Shown here piece after piece: positions 52,273-63,031 of a stretch of DNA of 64,000 nucleotides. The stretch's first letter is position 1, and each line of letters begins with the position of its first letter. Position numbers and translations under genes: made by a program. The DNA comes from an uncultured cyanobacterium (GTDB lineage Bacteria; Cyanobacteriota; Cyanobacteriia; Cyanobacteriales; CAWCAG01). The notes beneath the pieces were generated by a model. That model made no database searches. It was not told the origin of the DNA and was given only the letters and a program-made list of their open reading frames with translations. The stretch is taken from NCBI GenBank assembly GCA_963793425.1, contig CAWCAG010000009.1:416001-480000 (forward strand). Direction: 5' to 3'.

Positions 52273-53157
52273 ATGAAAATTTCTGATCTTGGTGAACTTC
52301 TACTCTTAGCTTCCCTTTGGGGGGCTTCTTTCTTGTTTATGAGGATAGCATCTCCTGTATTCGGTCCGGTTTGGCTAATGGAATGCCGGGTTTTAATAGC
52401 CGGATTAGCTTTGCTACCTCTGGTAGTTAAATTGGGTTTGTTAGGAGAAGTGCGCCGTTATGCAAAGCCTCTGTTTATTATCGGTTGTTTTAATGCAGCC
52501 CTGCCATATCTACTTTTTGCCTTTGCTAGTCTCTTTTTACCTGCTGGAGTCACCTCCATTCTCAATGCCACAACGCCCTTATTTGGGAGCATTGTCGCTT
52601 TTATTTGGTTAAAAGAAAAATTTACCTTGAGTAAGATAATCGGGTTAGTATTGGGCTTAGGTGGAGTAGTTGTTTTAGTCGGGTGGCAGAGTTTTGTGGT
52701 TACGCCAAACTCTTTGTTAGCAGTAGGTGGTGTATTGATAGCAACATTAATGTATGCGATCGCTGCCCCTTATATCAAAAAGCAACTCTCCGGAGTTCCT
52801 TCTTTAGTTATTGCCACAGGCAGTTTACTTTTTGCTCCTTTGTTCCTCTTACCTGCTATTCCTTTTACCGTACCAACAACAGCACCAACTCCCATCAGCA
52901 TAATGGCTTTATTTGGACTGGCTTTGCTTTCAACTTCTTTGGCATACATCCTCTATTTTCGCTTAATCAGTAATGTTGGTTCTACCAAAGCTTTAACTGT
53001 CGCTTATTTAATTCCTATCTTCGCAATGCTTTGGGGAGCAATTTTTTTAAAGGAAGCGATTACTGTATCTATGATTTTGGGTTGTAGTTTGGTTTTATTG
53101 GGGACTGCGATCGCTAATGATTTGTTTAAGAGTATGGTTTTAAAAAAGATGTTTTGA
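52273..53157 (+). CDS. DMT/EamA family transporter
   Basis: LWGASFLF, ILNATTPLF, LAYILYFRLI, YLIPIFAMLWG; about ten TM segments. Confidence 0.93.
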   Translation: MKISDLGELLLLASLWGASFLFMRIASPVFGPVWLMECRVLIAGLALLPLVVKLGLLGEVRRYAKPLFIIGCFNAALPYLLFAFASLFLPAGVTSILNATTPLFGSIVAFIWLKEKFTLSKIIGLVLGLGGVVVLVGWQSFVVTPNSLLAVGGVLIATLMYAIAAPYIKKQLSGVPSLVIATGSLLFAPLFLLPAIPFTVPTTAPTPISIMALFGLALLSTSLAYILYFRLISNVGSTKALTVAYLIPIFAMLWGAIFLKEAITVSMILGCSLVLLGTAIANDLFKSMVLKKMF

Positions 53158-53379
53158 AAATTCTCAAACCTTTTTGTTTGGTATTGCCTAATTGTTTGTG
53201 TTATAATTATTTCATCAGATAAAATTCAATCTTAACTAAAAAAATATTTCTTCGGAGCGGGGTTGGGAGCTTTCTTAAAATGGGCATGGAAGGCAAACTT
53301 CTGACCTGACAACTTTTCACCAGAATCACTTAACAGGCATCTCCAAAAATCAAAAACTTAAAAGCCTTTTGTTTTTTAA

Positions 53380-53724
53380 TTAAGGATTGCCGAGAGATTA
53401 CTGATTTCTGGCATTGGTGTAGAAGGTTTCCTGAGTGGTGTTTTTACCTCCTCTGGAGATGAGCAAAACATCAACACGGGTAAGGGAGGAAATATCACTG
53501 TTAACAACTCTGGTACAGTAACTCTCAGCATGGAATGGGCAAGTGTTGACAATGCTGTTGGTAGTAACAATGCAGCTATCACCGAAAAAACCCAAACTCT
53601 TTACCAACAAGCACAAGGTTGGGAAATAACTTCCGATGGTAAGATAATTTTAACCGCAACAGCAACAGAAGTTGCTTCTCATCAAAACCGAATGCAACAT
53701 CCCGATTGTGGTAGCGGAATGTAG
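53380..53724 (+). pseudogene. Remnant of a cyanobacterial filamentous-haemagglutinin-like exoprotein
   Basis: Start-less frame with SGVFTSS...TGKGGNITVN (beta-helix repeat) joined to QAQGWEITSDGKIILTA...C (typical C-terminus). Confidence 0.65.
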
Positions 53725-53755
53725 AAAGTTGAAAATTATCTCCTCTTTTTAATTC

Positions 53756-54727
53756 TCAAGCCTGGGGAGTACTATTATCTCCATACTTAATTAAAAGAGC
53801 GATCGCAATACTAACAGTAAAAATTAGTACCATACTCAAAGCTGAGCCAAAACCCCAATTACGGGTTGCTCCCAAGAATTGGTTATAAATTAAGCGGGAG
53901 ATAGTCATGCTAGAAAGCCCTCCCAAAATTTCTGGATCTACAAAGTCTGCTAAGGAAGAGATAAAGACTAGTAAAGAACCAGCAAAAATACCAGGAAAGG
54001 TTTGAGGGACAGTGATCCTCCAAAAAGTCTCCGCAGGTTTTGCTCCTAAATCCGCAGAGGCTTCTAATAGCTGTTTATCCAACTTTTCAAGAGAAGCATA
54101 GAGAACTAAGACCATATAGGGCAAATAACTGTAGGCCATACCAATTAAAACGGCTGTTTTGCTATACCACAGTGCCAATTCAGGGATGCCAAAAAGACCT
54201 AAAAAGCTATTTAATACTCCCGTCGGACGCAGAATGGTAATCCAAGCATAGGTACGTAACAACGAAGAAGTCCACAGAGGTAAAATAAACCCTAACAACA
54301 GGATATTACGCCAACGTTTCGGGGCCATTTGTGCCAGCCAATAAGCTACAGGAAAGCCTAGAGATAAGCAAATAATGGTGCTGCCAATGGCGAAAAAGAG
54401 CGAGCGACCCAAAACTTTGAGGTAAAGGGGGTTGAGTACTTCTAGATAATTACTAATACCATCCGGATTAACCACTTGCCCCGGTCTAATGCCAGATACT
54501 AAACTCAACTCAAAAATCACCAAAGTTGGTAATATCAGCAGTAAAAGTAACCATAACCCCGCAGGGCCAAGTAAAGTTAATATACCGAACCATTGAGACT
54601 CAGACGGACTCGTTTCTACAGCAACCGCTGATTTTTGGAGTTCGTTATTGACTTCTGGGTTAGATCGGGGAGGAGAAGTAGATTTTTTAGGCACGAGTGC
54701 AATAATATTTAAGGTTAAAGATACCAA
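53756..54727 (-). CDS. potB: Polyamine ABC transporter permease
   Basis: LPLWTSSLLRTYAW, YLPYMVL, EASADLGA (EAA loop), NWGFGSALS. Confidence 0.9.
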   Translation of the reverse strand: MVSLTLNIIALVPKKSTSPPRSNPEVNNELQKSAVAVETSPSESQWFGILTLLGPAGLWLLLLLILPTLVIFELSLVSGIRPGQVVNPDGISNYLEVLNPLYLKVLGRSLFFAIGSTIICLSLGFPVAYWLAQMAPKRWRNILLLGFILPLWTSSLLRTYAWITILRPTGVLNSFLGLFGIPELALWYSKTAVLIGMAYSYLPYMVLVLYASLEKLDKQLLEASADLGAKPAETFWRITVPQTFPGIFAGSLLVFISSLADFVDPEILGGLSSMTISRLIYNQFLGATRNWGFGSALSMVLIFTVSIAIALLIKYGDNSTPQA

Positions 54728-54742
54728 TAACTAATAACTAAT

Positions 54743-55945
54743 TTAACCACTAGTTAATTGAGTCCAGAAGCGGTCATAAATTTCGTTAACTTTTTCATCT
54801 AAAGGAATTAGTCCCTCACATTTTTCTAGGACAGATTCTGGGGGATAAAGGGTGTAGTCGTTTTGAATGTCTTGGGGCAGAAGATTATAAGCAGCTTCAC
54901 TAGGTACAGAAAAATGCAAGCGTTGACAAATCCGTGCAGCTATTTCCGGTTTGAGCATAAAATTAATCCAAGCATAAGCAGCATCTAGGTTAGGGGCGCT
55001 GCGAGGTATAACTAGGGTATCTACCCAAACTGAGGAACCGCTATCAGGAACTATATATTCTAAATCTTCGTTTTCATCAATAACTTCTGTCGCATCAGAG
55101 GAGTAACACATGGCCATGAATAAATCCCCAGAGAGGATTTGTGTTCGCCAAGCATCAGAATTTAATGAGGCAATGGTGGGTTTAAGTTCAACTAATTTCT
55201 CATAAGCTTGTTTAATTTCTTGGTAATCTGTGGAGTTGTAAGAATAACCTAAAGAACTTAAGGTCGCACCCATAACTTCTCGCACATCATTAGGTAAAGT
55301 GACGCGCCTAGCAATCTCTTGGCTATTTTCCCATAAGTAATCCCAATCTTCAGGTAGTTGAGAAAGTTTGTTGGGGTTATAAACTAAACCTGTGGTTCCC
55401 CAACTCAATGGCACACTGTATTGATTACCAGGATCATAAGCAGGATCTCTAAAATTGGGAAATAGTTGGTCAAGCCCTCTTATGCGAGACTGGTCTAACT
55501 TTCTCAATATCCCTAGCTCGACCATATTAATCACCATATACTCTGAAGGATAGATGATGCTATAGCCTCCGCCACCACTAGCTTGAATTTTAGCTAGCAT
55601 GACTTCATTGGAATCAAAAACATCTGCTACTACTTCGATACCTGTTTCTTGGCGAAACCGATCTAATAACTCGTCATCAGTGTAACCAGCCCAGGTGTAA
55701 ATATATAGTTTGTCTTGAGAACCTGTTTGAGGCGCGCTAGCTTCCTCTGAGGATTCTCCATCTTCCTCTTCCTCCTCTTCTTCACTAGCTGCTGGACTAA
55801 CGTTAGCAATTGTCCAACCACAACTAGATAGCAATAAGCTAGGAATTGTTACCGCCGCACCCTGTAAAAATTGACGGCGGCGAAGATGTTTTAATAACCT
55901 GTGGCGATGAGTAGAAGACACTGTATACCGTTTATCATTTATCAT
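54743..55945 (-). CDS. potD: Polyamine ABC transporter substrate-binding lipoprotein
   Basis: RRRQFL...LSSC Tat-lipoprotein signal, YTWAGY, FDSNE, WGTTGL, WVDTLVIP, AWINF. Confidence 0.9.
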   Translation of the reverse strand: MINDKRYTVSSTHRHRLLKHLRRRQFLQGAAVTIPSLLLSSCGWTIANVSPAASEEEEEEEDGESSEEASAPQTGSQDKLYIYTWAGYTDDELLDRFRQETGIEVVADVFDSNEVMLAKIQASGGGGYSIIYPSEYMVINMVELGILRKLDQSRIRGLDQLFPNFRDPAYDPGNQYSVPLSWGTTGLVYNPNKLSQLPEDWDYLWENSQEIARRVTLPNDVREVMGATLSSLGYSYNSTDYQEIKQAYEKLVELKPTIASLNSDAWRTQILSGDLFMAMCYSSDATEVIDENEDLEYIVPDSGSSVWVDTLVIPRSAPNLDAAYAWINFMLKPEIAARICQRLHFSVPSEAAYNLLPQDIQNDYTLYPPESVLEKCEGLIPLDEKVNEIYDRFWTQLTSG

Positions 55946-55995
55946 TTACCATTGAACATTTTAGCCTTCGGCAATGGCAAGCCGTACACCAATCA

Positions 55996-57135
55996 TTACC
56001 AATCTCCTAAAGCTAAACAATCTCTCGCAGACCAGTGGACATAAACAGGGGTATCAGCTTGTGGTAAATTAACTGACATATTGGGCTGCATAACTGTTAA
56101 AGAGTCTCCTGTAACTAATTCCACCACATAATGAACATGGGTTCCTAAATACATAATGTGTTTCAAGCGTCCCTCTAAACAATTATGCTCTCCGGTGGGA
56201 GGTTCAAGGCTCAATTTAATTTTTTCGGGACGAATACTAACCATAACTTTTTTATGCAAAGAAGAACGATCTGGTTCTTCTGTATCTGGTAATTGCACAA
56301 TAAGTTCTAAGCCGCGATTAGTGACAATTCTGCCAAAAGAAGCATCGCTAGCTTCGATAAAACCTTCAAATAAATTAGTATCCCCAATAAAATCAGCCAC
56401 AAAAGGAGTGCGGGGGCTTTCGTAAACTTCCGTAGGATGACCAATCTGTTCAATTTTACCCGCCCGCATCACAGCGATGCGATCAGACAAAGAAAGGGCT
56501 TCTTCTTGATCATGGGTAACCATCACAAAAGTAAGCCTCAACTCCTGATGTAAGCGAGAAAGTTCTACCTGCATTTCTTTACGTAACTTCAAATCTAAAG
56601 CCCCCAAAGGCTCATCCAACAGAAGTACCGCAGGACGGTTAACCAAAGCCCTAGCTAAAGCTACCCTTTGCTGTTGTCCCCCTGATAACTGATTGGGGAA
56701 ACGATTAGCATAAGACTCCATTTGTACACTAGCTAGGGCTTCTTTAACACCATTTTCCACTTCCAATTTGCCTAATCTTTTAACTTTTAGTCCAAAGGCA
56801 ACATTTTCTGCCACAGTTAAATGGTTAAATAGGGCGTAACTTTGGAACACCGTATTCACAGGGCGGCGATAGGGAGGGGCATTATTCATTAACTGATTTT
56901 GAATAAAAATCTTCCCCGCACTTAAGGTTTCAAAGCCAGCAATTAAACGCAAAACCGTGGTTTTACCGCATCCTGAAGGCCCTAAAATGCTGAAAAACTC
57001 TCCTTTACGGACGCTGAGGTTCACCCCGCCAACAGCAGTTTCGCCATCAAAAACTTTAAAGGCTTGGCGTAGTTCAACATCTATATTAGCTGAGCTATCT
57101 GTTGAGCGTTGTTCCCTAGAAGAAGTTTGCAGCAT
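55996..57135 (-). CDS. potA: Polyamine ABC transporter ATP-binding protein
   Basis: GPSGCGKT, VFQSYALF, LSGGQQQR, LLLDEPLGALD, VTHDQEEAL; C-terminal TOBE region. Confidence 0.93.
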   Translation of the reverse strand: MLQTSSREQRSTDSSANIDVELRQAFKVFDGETAVGGVNLSVRKGEFFSILGPSGCGKTTVLRLIAGFETLSAGKIFIQNQLMNNAPPYRRPVNTVFQSYALFNHLTVAENVAFGLKVKRLGKLEVENGVKEALASVQMESYANRFPNQLSGGQQQRVALARALVNRPAVLLLDEPLGALDLKLRKEMQVELSRLHQELRLTFVMVTHDQEEALSLSDRIAVMRAGKIEQIGHPTEVYESPRTPFVADFIGDTNLFEGFIEASDASFGRIVTNRGLELIVQLPDTEEPDRSSLHKKVMVSIRPEKIKLSLEPPTGEHNCLEGRLKHIMYLGTHVHYVVELVTGDSLTVMQPNMSVNLPQADTPVYVHWSARDCLALGDW

Positions 57136-57534
57136 AGATATTAAAAATATGACGTGTCAAAATATAATAACTCTGGCAATGGGCAAATTTTAGCTCACAC
57201 ACAAGCAAAAGATCATGCCTATTTGGGTAAAGGTTTTGCTTACAATGATACTTCCTCTGTTCCTTTAAAGCTCCTTTACCGTTTTACTAAAATTATTCCT
57301 TATTACTCCTTAAACCAGAAAATCTTTACTTTTGATAGTTTTGGTGCAGAATAAACTACATAGCTAAACAAAGAAATTTTCAAGCTAAACTTAGGGTGTA
57401 TTTTAGCAATTTAGGTGGGCAGACTCGTCCTGAAGATGGCAATATCAGTAAGAAGAAGTATTAAACTTACTAATTGGGCTTCGTTCTAGTTAACTTAACT
57501 ATTTAAAACCAACTACAAAATAACCTGTTCCCCA

Positions 57535-59349
57535 ATGACTATTATTCAGCCAGGTTCTAACCTTAGACGGCGACAACTCCCTCGCACTGTTGGTCGTCGC
57601 TACCAGTCTATTTTTATTATGAGTTTAATTACCCTCTTTTTATTGGGGGGAATTGGTTCTCGTCTAGCTTACCTACAGCTAGTACAGGGGCAAGAAAATC
57701 GCGAAAAGGCAGAAAATAATCGAGTACGCCTTCTCCCGAAACCACCGGTACGGGGAACAATTTTTGATCGTCAGGGAGATGTTTTAGTAACTAGCCGTTT
57801 GTCTCATTCAGTTTTTGTCTGGCCCTTAGCTAGTCAGAAGCCTTACTGGGACACTACAGTTAAGACTTTATCAGACATTTTAGATATCCCCGAAGCAGAA
57901 ATTCGCCAAAAAGTAGAGCAAGCCGGCTATGATTCTCCTACCCTAGTTAGGATTCAACGAGGGCTTGATAAAGCTCAAATTACTGCCTTTGAAGAATTAG
58001 AACCACAGCTTAAGGGGGCTAGCCTAGATATTGATCCTGTACGCCATTATCCCCACAAAGAACTAGGTTCTCATATTTTGGGTTATACCGGGGAACTTAA
58101 TGCTGAAGAGTTAGAGGAGAGTAAGCGAGAAGGCTACATCATGGGAGATGTGGTTGGTAAAATGGGTGTAGAAGCAGGTTTAGAACCCTTACTCCGGGGT
58201 GAATGGGGTGGCAAGCAGGTGGAGGTTAACGGTGCTGGTAAAGTGATGAGAGTGTTAGGGGAAAAAGAAGCAGAAGCTGGGGGAGATATTACCTTAACCA
58301 TTGACGTTGATCTGCAAAAAACCGCTGGTGCAGCTTTGGGAAACCGTAAAGGTGCTATTGTTGCCCTTGACCCTAGAAATGGGGAGGTTTTGGCCATGGT
58401 TAGTAATCCAGGTTTTGATCCTAACATTTTCTCAACACGAGTTACTCCGGATGTTTGGGAAGAATTACAAGGAAGAGACCACCCCTTCGTTAACCGTGCT
58501 TTAAGAGGATTTCCCCCTGCTTCTACTTTTAAGATTGTCACAGCAGTGGCTGGCATGGAAACTGGTAAATTCTCTCCAGATACCGTCTTGCCAACCTATG
58601 CCTATCTCCGAGTAGGAGGAACTAGTTTTGGGGAATGGAACCGGGCTGGATTTGGTCCTATGGGCTTTGTACAGGCTTTGGCTTGGAGTAGTAATACCTT
58701 TTTTGGTCAAATTGGTAAAGGTATAGGTGGGCCGGCTTTAATTGATTGGTCAAGGCGTTTCGGTTTTGGTTCTCCCACCGGTATCGAATTACCAGGAGAA
58801 GCGGCGGGGTTAATCGCTGATAATGAGTGGAAGAAGGACAATTTCGACGGCTGGGAATGGCACGTCGGCGACACAGTAAATATGTCCATCGGTCAAGGTT
58901 TTACCCAAGCAACTCCTTTGCAAGTAGCAGTAATGTTTGCTGTACCCGCCAATGGTGGTTATAAAGTTACTCCCCACTTACTCAAAAATAATGGTAAGCC
59001 CGATGAGGAATGGCGTGAGTCAATGGATTTAAACCCAGAAACAGTAAAAACTGTTCGGGAAGGGCTACGACAGGTGGTTAGTAGTGGTACGGGTAGGGCT
59101 GCACAAAGCGAAGGAATGCCCCCAGTAGCCGGGAAAAGCGGTACAGCAGAAGCCCCTCCAGGAGAAGCCCATGCTTGGTTCGGTGCTTTTGCCCCCTATG
59201 ACAAGCCAGAGATTGTTGTAGTCGCTTTTGCTGAACATTCCGGTGGGGGCGGAGGTTCAACAGCAGCACCGATGGTTAACCAAGTTCTCAAGACTTATTT
59301 TGGGGACAAGGAGAAGCAAGAGAAAGAGAAAGCAGATAGTCAAGAGTAG
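57535..59349 (+). CDS. mrdA: Penicillin-binding protein 2
   Basis: N-terminal TM, RGTIFDR, ASTFK (SxxK), SSN (SxN), KSGTAE. Confidence 0.93.
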   Translation: MTIIQPGSNLRRRQLPRTVGRRYQSIFIMSLITLFLLGGIGSRLAYLQLVQGQENREKAENNRVRLLPKPPVRGTIFDRQGDVLVTSRLSHSVFVWPLASQKPYWDTTVKTLSDILDIPEAEIRQKVEQAGYDSPTLVRIQRGLDKAQITAFEELEPQLKGASLDIDPVRHYPHKELGSHILGYTGELNAEELEESKREGYIMGDVVGKMGVEAGLEPLLRGEWGGKQVEVNGAGKVMRVLGEKEAEAGGDITLTIDVDLQKTAGAALGNRKGAIVALDPRNGEVLAMVSNPGFDPNIFSTRVTPDVWEELQGRDHPFVNRALRGFPPASTFKIVTAVAGMETGKFSPDTVLPTYAYLRVGGTSFGEWNRAGFGPMGFVQALAWSSNTFFGQIGKGIGGPALIDWSRRFGFGSPTGIELPGEAAGLIADNEWKKDNFDGWEWHVGDTVNMSIGQGFTQATPLQVAVMFAVPANGGYKVTPHLLKNNGKPDEEWRESMDLNPETVKTVREGLRQVVSSGTGRAAQSEGMPPVAGKSGTAEAPPGEAHAWFGAFAPYDKPEIVVVAFAEHSGGGGGSTAAPMVNQVLKTYFGDKEKQEKEKADSQE

Positions 59350-59391
59350 AGGATGGCGAGTGTCAAATCAAGACCAACAATTAGCAACTAG

Positions 59392-59718
59392 CATGAACCA
59401 TCCCGCACAGTAACTTGTCGAAATCTAGCAGGTGCGACAGGGGATATGATGCGAATACGATTACCTGATGGGCGAAGACGAAGACTAACTATTAAAGAAG
59501 CTGCAAGATTACAGAGTTTCCCTGATTGGTTTGAATTTGAAGGTAGTGAAACCAGCCAATTCAACCAGATTGGTAATGCTGTTCCGCCTTTGTTTGCCTA
59601 TCATCTAGCTACAAGCATTAAAGATTATCTGTTTTCAGATGCTAAGAAAATGACTTTGGAAGAAATCAAACAATACAACAGTTTAAACAAGCCTCCTAAG
59701 CAGTTGGCGTTGTTTTAG
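59392..59718 (+). pseudogene. C-terminal fragment of a C5-cytosine DNA methyltransferase
   Basis: PSRTVTCRNL..., RRLTIKEAARLQSFPDWFEF (motif IX), QIGNAVPP (motif X). Motifs I-VIII are absent and there is an in-frame stop at 59389-59391. Confidence 0.9.
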
Positions 59719-59726
59719 AGATTTAT

Positions 59727-60324
59727 GTGTTCAAAATGAAAAAATATCTTCTTAGTAGTACTGAAGCGCAAAATCTTGGTATTAAAGGTGCTTCTTATCA
59801 AACGTTTGATACGAAGACTCCTACGGTTCAACAGCTTGTAAATGAAGCTCTACATATTTTAGACAGTCTTGGTATTCCAATTGAAAATAAAACTGCTCGC
59901 AAGTTGGAACGGATGGCTTTAGCTTTCCTGGCAGTATGTGATGTGAAAATTAGTAATGACTGGGCTAAAGCAAAATCATTGGATGACGGACACGCTCTCA
60001 AAACTAGAGATATTATTGATTACATAAATGAACATTTTGCTGAGAATATCTCCAGAGGTTCTTATGATGATATTAGACGTATTGAAGCAGTACATTCTTC
60101 GGGGCCGATGAGTCCAGAAAGAATAACAACTTTACAGCCCTTTACTTAAAAACTGTATAGCAGATATCATTTTTATAACTGCATTTATAGACCGTGCTAC
60201 GTTTAGGAAATTTCTTGCTGATATAGCTTGGGAGACTGAAGTATGGATAGCTTCATCACCAGATCACTTAGTTCACTTTGATGGAGAGAAGTTTCTTGGT
60301 CCATATCGGCAAGGGCTTCAATAG
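59727..60324 (+). pseudogene. BsuBI/PstI family type II restriction endonuclease, internally deleted and frameshifted
   Basis: N-terminal ...SYDDIRR is joined directly to IEAVHSSGPM. After a shift at ~60140 it reads TAFIDRATFRKFLADIAWETEVWIASSPDHLVHFDGEKFLGPY, TAG at 60322-60324. Confidence 0.85.
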
Positions 60325-60342
60325 AAATAACTACTAACTGAT

Positions 60343-61320
60343 GTGAAAGCTTTTTTAACTGGAGGAACAGGATTTATTGGTTCTCATGTGGCGCGATCGC
60401 TACTAGCAGAAGGTTATGAAGTCAAGGCTTTGGTACGTTCTAGTAGCAGACTTGATAACCTCAAAGGTTTAGATGTAGAAATAGTTGCAGGAGATTTGAA
60501 TTCTCCTCACCTTGGTCAACAAATGCAAGGTTGTCAGGTACTCTTCCACGTAGCAGCACATTATTCCCTCTGGCAAGCAGATCACGATAAACTTTATCAA
60601 AATAATGTTTTAGGTACTCGCAACGTCTTTCAAGCAGCCTGTGAAGCGGGTATTGAACGTAGCGTCTATACAAGCTCTGTGGCTGCCATCGGAGTGGGGA
60701 AACCAGGAACTATTACCGATGAAACCCATCAAAGTTCTGTAGAAAAGTTGGTAGGAGATTATAAAAAGTCTAAATATTGGGGGGAACAAGAAGCGATTAA
60801 AGCAGTTCAAAAAGGGCAAGATATCGTTATTGTCAACCCCACTAGTCCTATTGGCCCTAGAGATATCAAACCCACTCCCACCGGAGAGATTATTGTACGC
60901 TTCCTAGAACGGAAAATGCCTGCTTATGTTGATACTGGCTTAAACTTCATTGATGTTAGGGATGTGGCCCAAGGACACCTCCTCGCTTTAGAAAAAGGTC
61001 AAAGGGGCGATCGCTACATCCTGGGTAACCAAAACTTAACCCTGAAAGAATTGCTAGATCAACTAGCAAAGATAACAGGTTTAAAAGCACCGGAAAAAAC
61101 CGTACCCTTGTGGCTACCTTTAACAGTAGCTTGGGTAGATGAGAAAATACTTGCTCCTTTAGGTAAAACTCCCAGCGTCCCCTTAGATGGTGTTAGGATG
61201 TCTGCCCAAACTATGTACTACAATTCATCAAAGGCAATTAAAGAATTAGGTTTACCCCAAACTCCTTTAAAAAAAGCTTTGGAAGATGCCGTTAAATGGT
61301 ACTTGGCCATGTTGCCGTAG
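60343..61320 (+). CDS. hpnA: Hopanoid-associated sugar epimerase
   Basis: TGGTGFIG, FHVAAHYSLW, YKKSK, GPRDIKPTPTG; adjacent to hpnH. Confidence 0.9.
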   Translation: MKAFLTGGTGFIGSHVARSLLAEGYEVKALVRSSSRLDNLKGLDVEIVAGDLNSPHLGQQMQGCQVLFHVAAHYSLWQADHDKLYQNNVLGTRNVFQAACEAGIERSVYTSSVAAIGVGKPGTITDETHQSSVEKLVGDYKKSKYWGEQEAIKAVQKGQDIVIVNPTSPIGPRDIKPTPTGEIIVRFLERKMPAYVDTGLNFIDVRDVAQGHLLALEKGQRGDRYILGNQNLTLKELLDQLAKITGLKAPEKTVPLWLPLTVAWVDEKILAPLGKTPSVPLDGVRMSAQTMYYNSSKAIKELGLPQTPLKKALEDAVKWYLAMLP

Positions 61321-61352
61321 TCATCAAGGATAACTGATAGAGGAGAAACACA

Positions 61353-62375
61353 ATGGCAATACATCTACAACAGGCTTTAGAAGTCGGCAAATATTTAGTA
61401 ACTCAACGTTTCAAAGGGCGCAAAAAATTCCCTTTGGTTTTGATGCTAGAACCCTTATTTAGATGCAACTTAGCTTGTCCTGGTTGTGGTAAAATTCAGC
61501 ACCCCAAAGAAGTACTCAAACAAAACTTAACCCCAGAACAATGTTTCGCTGCTGTAGAAGAATGCGGGGTCCCAGTGGTTTCTATTCCTGGGGGAGAGCC
61601 TTTACTCCATCCTCAAATTCAGGAGATAGTTGAGGGTTTGGTAGCACGGAAAAAGTTTGTTTACCTTTGTACCAACGGCATTTTATTAGAAAAAAGTTTA
61701 CCCAAGTTTACTCCTTCTCCTTACCTGACTTTAAGCATTCATTTAGACGGTTTGCAAGCACAACATGACCATTGTGTAGATCGTCAAGGGGTTTTCGATA
61801 CGGCAGTAAAAGCAATTAAAACTGCTAAGTCTCAAGGTTTCCGAGTGACAACCAATACAACGGTGTTTGAAGGTGCTAATCCCCAGCAAATGCAGGAATT
61901 TTTCGACTTCCTCACTGATTTAGATATTGACGGGATGATGATTTCCCCTGGTTATAGTTATGAAAAAGCCCCAGATCAAGATCATTTCCTACAACGGGAA
62001 CAAACGAGGGCTTTATTCCGAGAAATTTTAGCTCCTTTTAAAGCAGGGAAGAAGAAGTGGAATTTCAACCATAATCCTTTATTTCTCGACTTTCTCATCG
62101 GTAAAAAAGATTATGAATGTACGCCTTGGGGTAGTCCTAGCTATAGCGTTTTCGGGTGGCAAAAACCTTGTTATTTACTTAGCGAAGGTTACTACGACAC
62201 TTTCAGCGAGTTACTCAAGGAGACAGACTGGAGTAACTACGGCAACACCAGCGGCAATCCTAAATGTACTGACTGCATGGTACATTGTGGTTATGAACCC
62301 ACAGCAGCGATGGATGCTATGGAACTCCAGAATTTAACTCGTTCTATTGGTACTTTGTTGGGGGTTGCTAAGTAG
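61353..62375 (+). CDS. hpnH: Adenosyl-hopene transferase (radical SAM)
   Basis: [45 protein letters not shown]. Confidence 0.95.
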   Translation: MAIHLQQALEVGKYLVTQRFKGRKKFPLVLMLEPLFRCNLACPGCGKIQHPKEVLKQNLTPEQCFAAVEECGVPVVSIPGGEPLLHPQIQEIVEGLVARKKFVYLCTNGILLEKSLPKFTPSPYLTLSIHLDGLQAQHDHCVDRQGVFDTAVKAIKTAKSQGFRVTTNTTVFEGANPQQMQEFFDFLTDLDIDGMMISPGYSYEKAPDQDHFLQREQTRALFREILAPFKAGKKKWNFNHNPLFLDFLIGKKDYECTPWGSPSYSVFGWQKPCYLLSEGYYDTFSELLKETDWSNYGNTSGNPKCTDCMVHCGYEPTAAMDAMELQNLTRSIGTLLGVAK

Positions 62376-62403
62376 GAAGATGGGGAGCGAGGATTTGGTG
62401 TGA

Positions 62404-62867
62404 TTACAAAAACCTACTTAAATCAAACTCCCCTTCTGGTATATTCTCTTGAAACCTTTCTTGATTCAAGATTAACAAAAGCCTTTCTGTATAATCTACC
62501 GCCCCGCGTAATTCTTCTCTTAAGATTTCTAATCCTCCGTTAGCATATTCGTCAAAAATAGCTAAACGCTTTTCTTCTGTTTGAGGATCGTATGGCGAGA
62601 GAATTTTAGTATTTTGGGTTTCACTCAAAGCTAATAACTTAATCGTTAAATCATAACCCCTAGAAATAAACACCTCTAAACTAATTGGTCCTGGCTCATT
62701 TTTAGAAACTTCTGTTATGGCAACTCGTTTTTGCCTTTTGGCCCCAAAGCTGCGGCAAAGGCGATCGCATCAGCATAGGTTTGAAAAGGCCCTGTGGTAT
62801 CGCGGGAAGTGACTAAAGATTTGACTAATTCTGCTTTGTCTCTAGCAACCCTAATTCTACTGACCAC
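62404..62867 (-). pseudogene. DNA phosphorothioation (dnd)-associated protein 4-like, split by a one-base deletion at 62742-62745 (frameshift or sequencing error)
   Basis: GTG 62867 gives VSRIRVARDKAELVKSL...GPFQTYADAIAFAAALG; adding one G continues AKRQKRV...IFDEYANGGLEILREELRGAVDY...FDLSRFL* (154 aa). Confidence 0.75.
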
Positions 62868-63031
62868 AACAATTATCTTTACTCCTATTTGGATAATTAT
62901 ATAATCTATTTTGATTGAGAAAAAACAATAACAACTGTAATTTAGCTGATGAGATTAAAGAGCAGGGATGGAGTTTGAACCACGGAAGCTAAGATTTAGA
63001 TAAATAATTAAATAGCTTAGAGGATAAAGTA

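Noticed and set aside
57154..57354. 66-aa ORF between potA and mrdA
   Set aside because: GTG start, no RBS or motif, and it lies in a divergent promoter region.
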